Of a stretch of DNA of 64,000 bases, positions 20,282 through 31,744 are shown one piece after another. The stretch is from a bacterium. Lineage in GTDB: Bacteria; Zhuqueibacterota; Zhuqueibacteria; Residuimicrobiales; Krinioviventaceae. Under the pieces are notes generated by a model. That model was given only the letters and a program-made list of their open reading frames with translations, did not search any database and was not told where the DNA came from. Each line of letters opens with the position of its first letter. The first letter of the stretch is position 1. The stretch is from contig CAXXFV010000004.1 in NCBI GenBank assembly GCA_963674595.2, positions 357,003 to 421,002 of the forward strand, read 5' to 3'. The position numbers were made by a program, and so were the translations under genes.

Positions 20282-21193
20282 TTACCTTTTTTTGAAAATG
20301 GCTTTAATAGTATAAATGGCGATTTTGGGATTTTCTTTTAATCGACGCATGGAATACGCATACCACTTTTTACCAAAAGGAACGTAAACACGCATTCGGT
20401 GTCCCTGTTTTACCAGAATGTTTCTAAGCTGTTCATCTACGCCCAATAACATTTGAAATTCATATTCATCTTTTGATAAATTATATTCGTCTATTAATTT
20501 TAATGCTTGCCAGACAACTTTTTCATCATGTGTTGCAATACCGGCATAACAGTTGTTACGGAACGCAGTTTCTACGAGTTGTGCAAAATTATTATTAACA
20601 ATTTCACCGTCTTTATAGGCAATTTCTCTGGGTTCTATATAAATCCCTTTACACAATCTGAAATTGCCTTTTTGTTTAGCAAGGTTTTGTATATCCGAAA
20701 CTGAACGCCTTAAATAAGCTTGTAAAACAATTCCAACATTCGTGTGTGTTTTTAATATTTTTTCAAAAATATCGATTGTGTCATGCGTACAGGACGAATC
20801 TTCCATGTCTATCCGCACAAAATTATTATGCTTTTTTGCATTATCTGCAATTCTTACTATGTTATTATAACACAATTCTTTATCAATTAAAAGACCTAAT
20901 TGGGTTGGTTTGATGGAAATGTTGGCAGTTAATTTGAAAGTTTCAATTGCGTTTAAAATTTCATCATAAATATTAATGGCATCTTCACACTCCTGTATTT
21001 TGGTTGCACTTTCTCCCAACAGGTCAATTGTAGCCATAATATTGTTTTGGTTCAGCTTTTTAACGACATCGACAGCATCCTGGAGTTTATCGCCGGCAAC
21101 ATATCTTTTGGCAAAGAATCGAACAATGGGTTTCGGCACCATGGGCATCAAAAAAATGACAAATTTGTTTAATAGCATTTGCCGTCCTTTCAA
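20282..21193 (-). CDS. Monofunctional proline dehydrogenase
   Basis: DLLGE, ISIKPTQLG, RIDMED, QAYL, RLCKGIY, ATHD, EFQMLLGV, YVPFG..YSMRRLKENP. Confidence 0.92.
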   Translation of the reverse strand: MKGRQMLLNKFVIFLMPMVPKPIVRFFAKRYVAGDKLQDAVDVVKKLNQNNIMATIDLLGESATKIQECEDAINIYDEILNAIETFKLTANISIKPTQLGLLIDKELCYNNIVRIADNAKKHNNFVRIDMEDSSCTHDTIDIFEKILKTHTNVGIVLQAYLRRSVSDIQNLAKQKGNFRLCKGIYIEPREIAYKDGEIVNNNFAQLVETAFRNNCYAGIATHDEKVVWQALKLIDEYNLSKDEYEFQMLLGVDEQLRNILVKQGHRMRVYVPFGKKWYAYSMRRLKENPKIAIYTIKAIFKKR

Positions 21194-21391
21194 TAGATGA
21201 ATGGTTTGGTGTTAAAATGTGGTATTCTACCGAGATAACAGACATGTCAAATTGATGTGGATTTACGCTTTTTCAGGCTCCTTTTATTTTAATAAATATT
21301 TACAATTTCAAATTAAGTGTTATATAAAAAAGAATCAAGAAGAAACTCGGATTTGGTTATAAATATTAGAAATAGAGTGAAAAATTTTTGG

Positions 21392-21420
21392 TTGATTTTA
21401 AGTCAATAAAAAGTTATATT
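21392..21420 (+). promoter_or_regulatory. Sigma70-type promoter for parA
   Basis: TTGATT-17 nt-TATATT. Confidence 0.5.
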
Positions 21421-21454
21421 AGAAAGATTAGTTAAAAATGGAGGACGCCCTTGG

Positions 21455-22234
21455 ATGGGCAAAGTAATAGCAGTTGCAAATCAAAAAGGTGGTGTTGGCA
21501 AAACAACAACATCTGTTAATCTGGCAGCGTGCTTAGCAGTTGCCGAATATTCAACATTGCTCATTGATATAGATCCTCAAGCCAACAGTACAAGTGGTTT
21601 GGGTTTTGATCCTAGAAAATATGATAAAACGATTTATGATATTTTAATAAATGATCTGGATCCTGAGCAGGCATTAATTGATACGGAATTAAAGTATTTA
21701 AAGCTGATCCCTTCTTCCATTAACCTTGTTGGTGCGGAAGTTGAGTTGGTGTCGGCTATTTCACGAGAACATAAATTAAAAAGAGCTTTAAAAGACATTC
21801 GTGAAAAATTTGATTTTGTAATTTTTGACTGTCCACCCTCTTTAGGTTTGCTTACCTTAAATGCGCTTACGGCCTCTGATTCTGTTTTGATCCCGATCCA
21901 GTGTGAATACTATGCCTTGGAAGGATTGGGACAACTATTGAATACCATCCGTCTTGTGCAAAAACATCTTAACGACCGTTTGGAGGTTGAAGGTGTATTG
22001 CTGACAATGTATGATTCAAGGTTGAATTTATCACGTCAGGTTGCTGAAGACGTTCGTAAATATTTTGAAGGTCGTGTTTTTGAGGCGTATGTCAGGCGAA
22101 ATGTTCGGCTAAGTGAAGCTCCAAGTTTTGGAAAGCCGATAATTTTGTATGATGCTGTGTCTCCAGGAACTGAAAATTATATGAGTTTGGCTGAGGAAAT
22201 AATCAAGAATGGTGAACCGAAAAGCGCTGGGTAG
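21455..22234 (+). CDS. parA: Chromosome partitioning ATPase ParA/Soj
   Basis: [41 protein letters not shown]. Confidence 0.96.
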   Translation: MGKVIAVANQKGGVGKTTTSVNLAACLAVAEYSTLLIDIDPQANSTSGLGFDPRKYDKTIYDILINDLDPEQALIDTELKYLKLIPSSINLVGAEVELVSAISREHKLKRALKDIREKFDFVIFDCPPSLGLLTLNALTASDSVLIPIQCEYYALEGLGQLLNTIRLVQKHLNDRLEVEGVLLTMYDSRLNLSRQVAEDVRKYFEGRVFEAYVRRNVRLSEAPSFGKPIILYDAVSPGTENYMSLAEEIIKNGEPKSAG

Positions 22235-23060
22235 AGGTCTTTCAGCTTTGTTGCCGGATGAACCGACGGAGTCGGTTAGTGCCGGTCAGTTGCATCAGAT
22301 TGATGTTAAAAGCATTAGTCCGAATCCCTTTCAGCCTCGTTTAACATTCGATTCTGAAAAGCTGGAAGAATTGATGCGTTCCATTTCAGAAAATGGTGTT
22401 GTTCAGCCTATTACGGTGCGCCGTATTCAAGATGGTTATCAGTTGATTGCCGGTGAAAGGCGGTTTCGGGCTGTTACAGAGTTAGGAGTTGATAAAATTC
22501 CTGCTTATGTATTGGAAGTTCAAACCGACCAGGAAATGCTTGAGCTGTCAATTGTTGAAAATATTCATCGAGAAGATTTAAATTCTATAGAAGTCGCCAA
22601 AGGTTACAAAAGACTCATTGACGAATGTGGCCTAACCCAGGACCAGGTAGCACAAAAAGTTTGTAAAGACAGGACCACTGTTACAAATTTTTTGCGATTA
22701 CTAAAGTTGCCGGCACAAATTCAGGCCAGTGTGCAGGAAGGTGCTTTAACGATGGGACATGCTCGGGCTTTGCTGACCCTTCAGGATGTTGGACAGCAGC
22801 TTGCTTTGTGGAAAAAGATAGTTCAAAATGATCTTTCTGTTAGAAGTGTTGAACAAGCTGTTAAGAATAAAAAGAAAGAAAAAAGTCCGAAAAAGCCTGA
22901 TGCCAAATCATATTATTTGGAAGATGTAGAAAACAGAATGCGTGTGAAATTGGCAACAAAAGTATCTGTTAATATGAAAGGCAAAGGCGGTTCTGTTGCT
23001 ATTGATTTTTATTCTGAAGATGATCTGGAGCGAATCGTATCTATGATCTGTGATGAATAA
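22209..23060 (+). CDS. parB: Chromosome partitioning protein ParB/Spo0J
   Basis: [47 protein letters not shown]; overlaps the parA end by 26 nt. Confidence 0.96.
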   Translation: MVNRKALGRGLSALLPDEPTESVSAGQLHQIDVKSISPNPFQPRLTFDSEKLEELMRSISENGVVQPITVRRIQDGYQLIAGERRFRAVTELGVDKIPAYVLEVQTDQEMLELSIVENIHREDLNSIEVAKGYKRLIDECGLTQDQVAQKVCKDRTTVTNFLRLLKLPAQIQASVQEGALTMGHARALLTLQDVGQQLALWKKIVQNDLSVRSVEQAVKNKKKEKSPKKPDAKSYYLEDVENRMRVKLATKVSVNMKGKGGSVAIDFYSEDDLERIVSMICDE

Positions 23061-23073
23061 ATGATTTTTAAAT

Positions 23074-23958
23074 ATGACCAAAAAAAATAAACATAAAAAA
23101 AATATTCAGGTTCTTATTATACCTGATGATAAAGATGAACCAAAAGCATTTAGTTTTCCAGTAGCCAGACTTAAATTCTTTAAAGTTCTTGCTGTGGTTT
23201 TAATAATACATATATTAGTAGGTATTTTTTCATATTATCAGTTTTACCGTATTTACAAGAAAAATGTAGAGCTTGTAGAGACAAATAAAATTTTGGGGGA
23301 AAACAACAAGAAAATTTATCAGTTGGCTTCTGCTTTTAGTGAACTGGAGAACTCTCAAACCAAGATCAGGGCTGCTTTAGGATTAGGCAGTATTAACAGT
23401 CCTCAGTTAATGGTTGAAGAACCGCAGGAGCAGCAGACATTGGTTCCCAGTGTTATGCCTGTTGTTCAAAGCACTCAAGAAGAATCGAATGTTTCCGGTG
23501 AAGTGATTCGGGAAAAATTGGGTTTTCTAAAACGTTCAAAAAGCAGTTTTCACGATTATGAAAAAAGCGTACCTACTTTTTTGCCTGTTGAAGGTATTTT
23601 AACAAGCGATTATGATCAAGGCGTCCAGCAAAGCAAACGAACCCATCGCGGTATTGATATTGCCGCAGCAAGGGGTTCTTTTGTTCATTCTGCTGCTGAT
23701 GGCATTGTGGTTTTTGCGGGTTGGACCTATGATCTTGGTAATTTATTGATTTTATACCATGGTAGCGGTTTTTTTACATACTATGGTCATAATCAAAGAT
23801 TACTGGTTACACGCAACTCTCTTGTTAAAAAGGGAGATGTTATTTCATTATTAGGCAATTCAGGTCATAGTTCCGCCCCACATTTGCATTTTGAAATATG
23901 GAAAGACGGAATTCCTTTGGATCCCAAAGATTACCTGTTTGCATTTTCCGGATTATAA
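23074..23958 (+). CDS. M23 family peptidoglycan endopeptidase with TM and coiled coil
   Basis: HRGIDIA, YGHN, GNSGHSSAPHLHFEI. Confidence 0.9.
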   Translation: MTKKNKHKKNIQVLIIPDDKDEPKAFSFPVARLKFFKVLAVVLIIHILVGIFSYYQFYRIYKKNVELVETNKILGENNKKIYQLASAFSELENSQTKIRAALGLGSINSPQLMVEEPQEQQTLVPSVMPVVQSTQEESNVSGEVIREKLGFLKRSKSSFHDYEKSVPTFLPVEGILTSDYDQGVQQSKRTHRGIDIAAARGSFVHSAADGIVVFAGWTYDLGNLLILYHGSGFFTYYGHNQRLLVTRNSLVKKGDVISLLGNSGHSSAPHLHFEIWKDGIPLDPKDYLFAFSGL

Positions 23959-23998
23959 GTAATAGAATATATAAAAACCTGAATAACGGATGTAAATT

Positions 23999-24382
23999 AT
24001 GAAAAACTCTGAACGGATGGGTGATTTAAATACTATATTGGGTAAGGGTTCGAGTTTTGAAGGAACTCTTGTCGTTGATCATAGTCTTCGTATCGACGGA
24101 AGTCTAAAAGGTAAAATAAAAGCATCTGATACCTTGGTCGTTGGTAAAGAAGGTCAAGTTGATGGTACTGTTACAGTAAAAAATCTGACTGTTGGCGGAA
24201 AAATGAAAGGAAATATCACCGTCATAGGTAAAACCGTACTAGAAAGCAAGGCCGAATTTGCAGGCGAGTTAAAAACATCAAAATTAGTTATTGATGAAGG
24301 TGCCATGTTTGACGGATCCTGCTCGATGTCAAATGTAAATACCGGTTCTGTTGAACAGAATAATAGTAATAAAGTTAACTAA
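23999..24382 (+). CDS. Bactofilin (polymer-forming cytoskeletal protein)
   Basis: TILGKGSSFEGTL..LRIDG..G.I..LVIDEGAMFDGSC beta-helix pattern. Confidence 0.9.
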   Translation: MKNSERMGDLNTILGKGSSFEGTLVVDHSLRIDGSLKGKIKASDTLVVGKEGQVDGTVTVKNLTVGGKMKGNITVIGKTVLESKAEFAGELKTSKLVIDEGAMFDGSCSMSNVNTGSVEQNNSNKVN

Positions 24383-24430
24383 ACTTGCAGGTTTAAGGTA
24401 GAAAAAAGTAAAAGAAAAGACCTTGGCAAT

Positions 24431-24631
24431 TTGGATTTGGGATTGCAGTTTGCAGTCGCAATTGCTATAGGATTTTTTGGCGGATATTATATTGACGGCA
24501 AAATTGGCACTTTGCCTGTATTTGTTATTATTGGTTTGATTATTGGTAGCGTAGCCGGTTTTTTAAATATTTATCGTGCCGTATACTCTGACAAGGACAA
24601 AAACAAATCTAGTAATGAGTCAAAAACTTGA
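24431..24631 (+). CDS. AtpZ/AtpI-family (ATPase gene 1) membrane protein; start uncertain
   Basis: GLQFAVAIAIGFFGGYYIDGKIGT.P..GL..G..AGF pattern; first gene of the atp cluster. Confidence 0.8.
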   Translation: MDLGLQFAVAIAIGFFGGYYIDGKIGTLPVFVIIGLIIGSVAGFLNIYRAVYSDKDKNKSSNESKT

Positions 24632-25001
24632 ATCGTTGAAAATGTTTTTATTACTGACATTTATTGCTTATATTGTCGGTGGTAGTATTGTTTATATTTT
24701 TTTGAGCAAAGGCTATTTTATAGCCGTTTCAATTGGATATTTTTTAAGTGTTGTAAATATTATAAGCGGCTATTTGTCTATTAAATGGGCCTTTCGTCGT
24801 GATAACAAAACATTTTATCTAACGGTCTTTGGCGGTTTAGGAATAAGGCTGTTATTATTTGTTTTTGCACTTTTTTTTATGTTTTATTTTTCAACATTAC
24901 CAATTTTAGGATTTGTTTTATCCTTTATAATTTTTTATATTTTGATGCAATTTAATGAAATTCGGTTAATAAATCAGGAATTAAAGTCTGTAAAGAAATA
25001 G
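24615..25001 (+). CDS. atpI: ATP synthase protein I-like membrane protein
   Basis: Four hydrophobic segments, GLGIRLL; sits immediately before atpB; ATG 24615 preferred over 24576. Confidence 0.7.
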   Translation: MSQKLESLKMFLLLTFIAYIVGGSIVYIFLSKGYFIAVSIGYFLSVVNIISGYLSIKWAFRRDNKTFYLTVFGGLGIRLLLFVFALFFMFYFSTLPILGFVLSFIIFYILMQFNEIRLINQELKSVKK

Positions 25002-25007
25002 AAAACA

Positions 25008-25847
25008 ATGGTTGAACAAGTTACAGAAAAAGTTATGGAACATCATGAGGTAGCACAACACGCCGCTGATGCGGCACAACATGCTGCTGAACATGGTGGA
25101 GGTGGTGCAGATTTTATCATGCATCATATATTAGCTCAGCCGGTTATCAAATTACCTACGGTTTTTGGAATCGATTTAACAATCACCAATCATGTTATTA
25201 TGATGTGGATCGTTTCAGTGATTTTGATAACAGCTTTTATTGCAGCTTTCCGTAAAAAGCAAGCTGTGCCGCGTGGTCTTGCAAACGCATTGGAATCACT
25301 TGTTGCGTATATTCGGGACGACGTAATTGTACCAAATGTCGGTCACGCAGGAATGGGATATGCGCCTTATCTGCTTACGGCATTCTTTTTTGTTTTATTG
25401 TGTAATCTTTTAGGGCTTGTACCCTATGGTTCAACAGCAACCGGAAATATTGGTGTAACAGCTACCCTGGCGCTTTTAACTTTGTTTATAGGTCAAATTG
25501 CCGGAATTAAAAAGCACGGAGTCCTTGGTTATTTTAAACATTTTATTCCGGGTGGCTTGCCGATATTTATTATACCGATTATGATTCCGGTAGAAATTGT
25601 AAGTTTAATGGCAAAACATATTGCACTGGCTATTCGTTTGTTTGCCAATATGATTGCCGGCCATATTACAATTTTGGCTATTATGAGCCTTATCTTTATT
25701 TTTAAAAGTTTTGCCGTTGCACCGGCGCCATTGGCAATTATTATATTTTGTGCCTTATTGGAAGTTTTGATTGCCTTGATTCAGGCCTATGTGTTTACCA
25801 TTCTATCGGCCGTTTTTATTGGTGCATCGTTAGCAGAAGAACATTAA
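25008..25847 (+). CDS. atpB: F0 subunit a
   Basis: His-rich N-terminus, NLLGLVP, ALAIRLFANMIAGH, LIQAYVF. Confidence 0.96.
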   Translation: MVEQVTEKVMEHHEVAQHAADAAQHAAEHGGGGADFIMHHILAQPVIKLPTVFGIDLTITNHVIMMWIVSVILITAFIAAFRKKQAVPRGLANALESLVAYIRDDVIVPNVGHAGMGYAPYLLTAFFFVLLCNLLGLVPYGSTATGNIGVTATLALLTLFIGQIAGIKKHGVLGYFKHFIPGGLPIFIIPIMIPVEIVSLMAKHIALAIRLFANMIAGHITILAIMSLIFIFKSFAVAPAPLAIIIFCALLEVLIALIQAYVFTILSAVFIGASLAEEH

Positions 25848-25906
25848 TAATATTTTAATAGTAGAAAATAACTCAATACATTAGCTTTTTTTCACAAGGA
25901 GGTAAA

Positions 25907-26134
25907 ATGGACTCTCAAGCATTAGCATATTTGGCAGCAGGTATTGGAGCTGCTGGTGTAACATTTGGTGCTGCATTTGGTATTAGTAATTTGGCAAGTA
26001 CAGCCATGCAAGGAATCGCCAGACAACCTGAAGCTGCTGGTGAAATTCGTGGTGCAATGATCATTACAGCCGCTATGATCGAAGGTGTTGCATTGTTGTC
26101 TGCGGCTATTTGCTTTTTATTAAGTGTAAAGTAA
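25907..26134 (+). CDS. atpE: F0 subunit c (probably H+-coupled)
   Basis: ARQPE loop; IEGVAL lacks the E-S/T Na+-binding signature. Confidence 0.96.
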   Translation: MDSQALAYLAAGIGAAGVTFGAAFGISNLASTAMQGIARQPEAAGEIRGAMIITAAMIEGVALLSAAICFLLSVK

Positions 26135-26155
26135 TATTTAACTGATTGTGTTACT

Positions 26156-26650
26156 ATGGAACTAATGACTCCTGAAGGCGGAACCATATTTTGGACTGCC
26201 ATAACATTTCTTATTTTAATGTTTATTCTGGCAAAATTTGCCTGGAAACCGATTCTGCAAACACTTGATGAACGTGAAAAACGTATCAAAGAGTCGCTTG
26301 ATGAAGCTGAAAAGGCAAGAATTGAATCAGAAAAAACATTAGAAAAACAAGCAGAGATCATTGAAGCAGCCAAAAAGGATGCTCAGGAGATCAATGCTAA
26401 AACTCGAAAAGCTGCTGAAGACGCAAAAGAAGAAATTGTAGCAAATGCTCAAAAAGAAGCTGAAGCAATAATTTCAAAGGCTAAAAAAGATATTGAGCTG
26501 AGCCGGGACAAGGCCATGCAGGATATACGTGATTTAGCTGTCGAGCTTTCAATGGCAGCAACTCAAAAATTAATAGGAAAATCTCTTGATAAAAATGAGC
26601 ATCAGTCTCTCATTCAAGATTCTCTTAAAAAATTGGGTGAAATGAATTGA
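26156..26650 (+). CDS. atpF: F0 subunit b
   Basis: FWTAITFLIL..KFAWKPI..LDERE followed by coiled coil. Confidence 0.95.
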   Translation: MELMTPEGGTIFWTAITFLILMFILAKFAWKPILQTLDEREKRIKESLDEAEKARIESEKTLEKQAEIIEAAKKDAQEINAKTRKAAEDAKEEIVANAQKEAEAIISKAKKDIELSRDKAMQDIRDLAVELSMAATQKLIGKSLDKNEHQSLIQDSLKKLGEMN

Positions 26651-27198
26651 AAACACATCCATTAGCAAAAAGATACGCACGTGCTCTTTTTGACCTTGCT
26701 GATCAACAAAATATTTTAGACCAGGTCAAAGAAGAAGTTCAGTCTTTTCGCAAATTGTTGGATAGTGAAAAACGATTGCGTGTATTTTTATTAACACCAG
26801 AGATCTCACGGCAACAAAAGTCGGACGTTGTAAAGGAACTGTTTAAAAACAAAGTTTCGGGTGTTTATCTTAACTTTTTATTATTGTTGGTTCGTAAAGG
26901 TCGCCAGAATTTTTATTCAGAGATTGATTATGAATTCAACAACCTATATGATAAAAAACTTAACAGATTACGTGCAACGGTTACCACTGTCCTGCCGTTA
27001 GAAAAAGTACAACTGGATGAACTGACTACTATGCTGGCTAAATCATTAAATGCCGACATTTTGCTTGAAAACAATGTAGAACCGGAAATTTTAGGTGGTA
27101 TGATTGTTCAGGCAGAAGGTCAGGTTTTTGACAGCAGTATGCTGAATCAGTTGAAAAAATTACATGCTCGCTTGCGGGCAACGAAAACAGCTGTTTAA
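26647..27198 (+). CDS. atpH: F1 subunit delta
   Basis: AKRYARALF, ILGGMIV..DSS; TTG start overlapping the atpF stop. Confidence 0.94.
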   Translation: MKTHPLAKRYARALFDLADQQNILDQVKEEVQSFRKLLDSEKRLRVFLLTPEISRQQKSDVVKELFKNKVSGVYLNFLLLLVRKGRQNFYSEIDYEFNNLYDKKLNRLRATVTTVLPLEKVQLDELTTMLAKSLNADILLENNVEPEILGGMIVQAEGQVFDSSMLNQLKKLHARLRATKTAV

Positions 27199-27297
27199 AA
27201 TTCAATCCAGTTACAGTGAAATTTTTAAATCGTAAGAAAATAGTATACATAAAAATACTATTTTAATTGACCATATGAAGGTATTAAGGTTAATAAC

Positions 27298-28809
27298 ATG
27301 GAAATTAGGCCAGAAGAAATAACATCTGTTCTTAAAAAACAAATAGAACAGTTTGATAAAGAAATTGACACCCAAGAAGTTGGAGAGGTTCTTCAGGTTG
27401 GTGATGGTATTGCCCGTGTTTACGGCCTCGAAAATGTTATGTCTATGGAGCTTGTAGAATTTCCTAATGAAGTATTTGGCATGGCATTGAACCTGGAAGA
27501 AGACAATGTTGGTTGTGTTCTTTTTGGTGAGGACCGTCATATTAAAGAGGGTGATCAGGCCAAACGAACTAAACGTGTTGTCGAAGTACCTGTTGGGCCG
27601 GAATTGTTGGGTCGTGTTGTCAACCCATTAGGACAGCCCATTGACGGTAAAGGGCCGATTAATGCCAAACAATTCAGCCCTATCGAACGTAAAGCCCTGG
27701 GCGTAGTTGCTCGTCAACCGGTAAAAGAACCGCTGCAAACCGGTCTTAAATCGATTGATGCAATGATACCAATCGGCCGGGGACAGCGAGAGCTGATCAT
27801 TGGCGATCGCCAAATCGGTAAAACAGCTATTGTTATCGATACGTTTATTAATCAAAAAGGCGGCGATGTTGTTTGTATTTATGTTGCAATCGGCCAAAAG
27901 GCTTCAACTGTTGCCCGGTTAGTAGATACACTCGAAGAATACGGCGCTTTGGAACATTCCATTATCGTCTGTTCAACCGCTGATTCACCGGCGCCATTAC
28001 AGTATATTGCCCCTTATGCCGGTGCGGCAATGGGTGAGTATTTTAGAGATAACGGAAAACATGCATTAATCGCTTACGACGATTTGTCCAAACATGCCTG
28101 GGCATATCGAGAGCTTTCGTTGTTATTGCGTCGTCCTCCGGGTCGTGAAGCTTATCCGGGAGATGTTTTTTATCTCCATTCAAGACTGCTGGAACGCGCT
28201 GCAAAATTAAGTGATGCTTTGGGTGGCGGTTCATTAACAGCTCTACCCATCATCGAAACACAGGCTGGTGACTTTTCAGCATATATTCCTACCAACGTAA
28301 TATCCATTACAGACGGACAAATTTATCTTGAACCCGGTCTGTTTTTCGGAGGTATCCGTCCTGCTGTTAACGCCGGTATCTCTGTTTCTCGTGTTGGTGG
28401 AAATGCCCAGATTAAAGCAATGAAAAAATATGCCGGAAGTTTGCGTATGGATTTGGCGCAATACCGCGAATTGGAAGCCTTTGCAAAATTCGGTTCTGAT
28501 CTTGATAAAGCAACACAACAACAATTAAATCGTGGACAACGATTGGTTGAAATTTTAAAACAAGACCAGTATAAACCATTGCCTGTTGAAAAACAGATTA
28601 CTATTCTTGCATTGGGTGTTAAAGGAATGCTTGACTCTATTCCTATAACACAAATCGTACGAGCTGAAGCAGAGTTTCATCAATTTATGGAATCGAATTA
28701 TGATGATATTTTAAAAGAAATACGTGAAAAGAAAACAATTGATGAAGCGCTTGATAGCAGGCTCACAGAAGCATGTAATGAATTTTTAAAAACTTTTGTA
28801 GTGGAATAA
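27298..28809 (+). CDS. atpA: F1 subunit alpha
   Basis: [46 protein letters not shown]. Confidence 0.98.
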   Translation: MEIRPEEITSVLKKQIEQFDKEIDTQEVGEVLQVGDGIARVYGLENVMSMELVEFPNEVFGMALNLEEDNVGCVLFGEDRHIKEGDQAKRTKRVVEVPVGPELLGRVVNPLGQPIDGKGPINAKQFSPIERKALGVVARQPVKEPLQTGLKSIDAMIPIGRGQRELIIGDRQIGKTAIVIDTFINQKGGDVVCIYVAIGQKASTVARLVDTLEEYGALEHSIIVCSTADSPAPLQYIAPYAGAAMGEYFRDNGKHALIAYDDLSKHAWAYRELSLLLRRPPGREAYPGDVFYLHSRLLERAAKLSDALGGGSLTALPIIETQAGDFSAYIPTNVISITDGQIYLEPGLFFGGIRPAVNAGISVSRVGGNAQIKAMKKYAGSLRMDLAQYRELEAFAKFGSDLDKATQQQLNRGQRLVEILKQDQYKPLPVEKQITILALGVKGMLDSIPITQIVRAEAEFHQFMESNYDDILKEIREKKTIDEALDSRLTEACNEFLKTFVVE

Positions 28810-28812
28810 TTT

Positions 28813-31126
<2,314 letters not shown>

Positions 31127-31179
31127 TTTATTGTAATCTCTTTTCTGCGAAAATTAAAAATTATAGTATATATGGTTAT

Positions 31180-31587
31180 ATGGCTGATAAATTATTAAAA
31201 TTTGAGATAGTTACGCCTGAAAAGGTGATGCCTGTAGAAGACGTAAAACATGTTAAAGCTCCCGGTATTGGAGGTTATTTTGGTGTTTTGCCGGAACATA
31301 TTCATTATATAACCTCGCTTAAAATAGGCTACATTGAGGTCAGTCTGGCAGCCGGAAAAAAGGTGTATGCAACTTCAGGGGGTTTTACCGAAGTCTTAGA
31401 TGATAAAATGGTGGTTTTAGCAGAAACAGTTGAAGAAGCTACTAAAATTGATGTTGAAAGAGCAAAGGCTTCCAAAGAAAGAGCTTTAAAGCGTCTTGCT
31501 GATAAAGGGCCGGACATTGATCTAGCTCGTGCCCATTTATCATTACTGCGGGCAATTAACAGAATTGAAGTTGCTTCTAAAAACTAA
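31180..31587 (+). CDS. atpC: F1 subunit epsilon
   Basis: EIVTPE, GYFGVLPEH, SGGF.EV, IDVERA, L.RAINRI. Confidence 0.95.
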   Translation: MADKLLKFEIVTPEKVMPVEDVKHVKAPGIGGYFGVLPEHIHYITSLKIGYIEVSLAAGKKVYATSGGFTEVLDDKMVVLAETVEEATKIDVERAKASKERALKRLADKGPDIDLARAHLSLLRAINRIEVASKN

Positions 31588-31642
31588 TATTCAGTATTAT
31601 TGCGATTGAATTTTATTATTTTTTATTAGTTTAATTAAATTC

Positions 31643-31671
31643 TTGACATATAATAAAAAACTTTATATAAT
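31643..31671 (+). promoter_or_regulatory. Perfect-consensus sigma70 promoter for the TPR/ExbBD operon
   Basis: TTGACA (31643-48), 17 nt spacer, TATAAT (31666-71). Confidence 0.8.
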
Positions 31672-31687
31672 TGAATAATATGTTGAT

Positions 31688-31740
31688 ACGGCGCTCTCGA
31701 TAAAGTGCCGTTTTCGATTTGTACGAATCTCGAGAGGGCG
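31688..31740 (+). promoter_or_regulatory. Structured 5' leader (hairpin plus possible pseudoknot over the SD)
   Basis: Stem acggcgct/agtgccgt; ctctcga (31694-31700) is complementary to tcgagag (31730-31736) at the SD; small ttcg/cgaa hairpin between them. Confidence 0.45.
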
Positions 31741-31744
31741 GTTA

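Noticed and set aside
21194-21454. Divergent intergenic region before parA as oriC or parS
   Set aside because: No TGTTTCACGTGAAACA-like palindrome or convincing DnaA boxes seen
24380-24431. Bactofilin and atpZ are in the same frame, separated by a single TAA (possible readthrough fusion)
   Set aside because: One-in-three chance; TAA is a poor readthrough codon; both proteins look complete
25907-26134. Na+-coupled or N-type ATPase
   Set aside because: Subunit c has EG rather than ES/T, and the gene order with a separate atpH is the standard F-type
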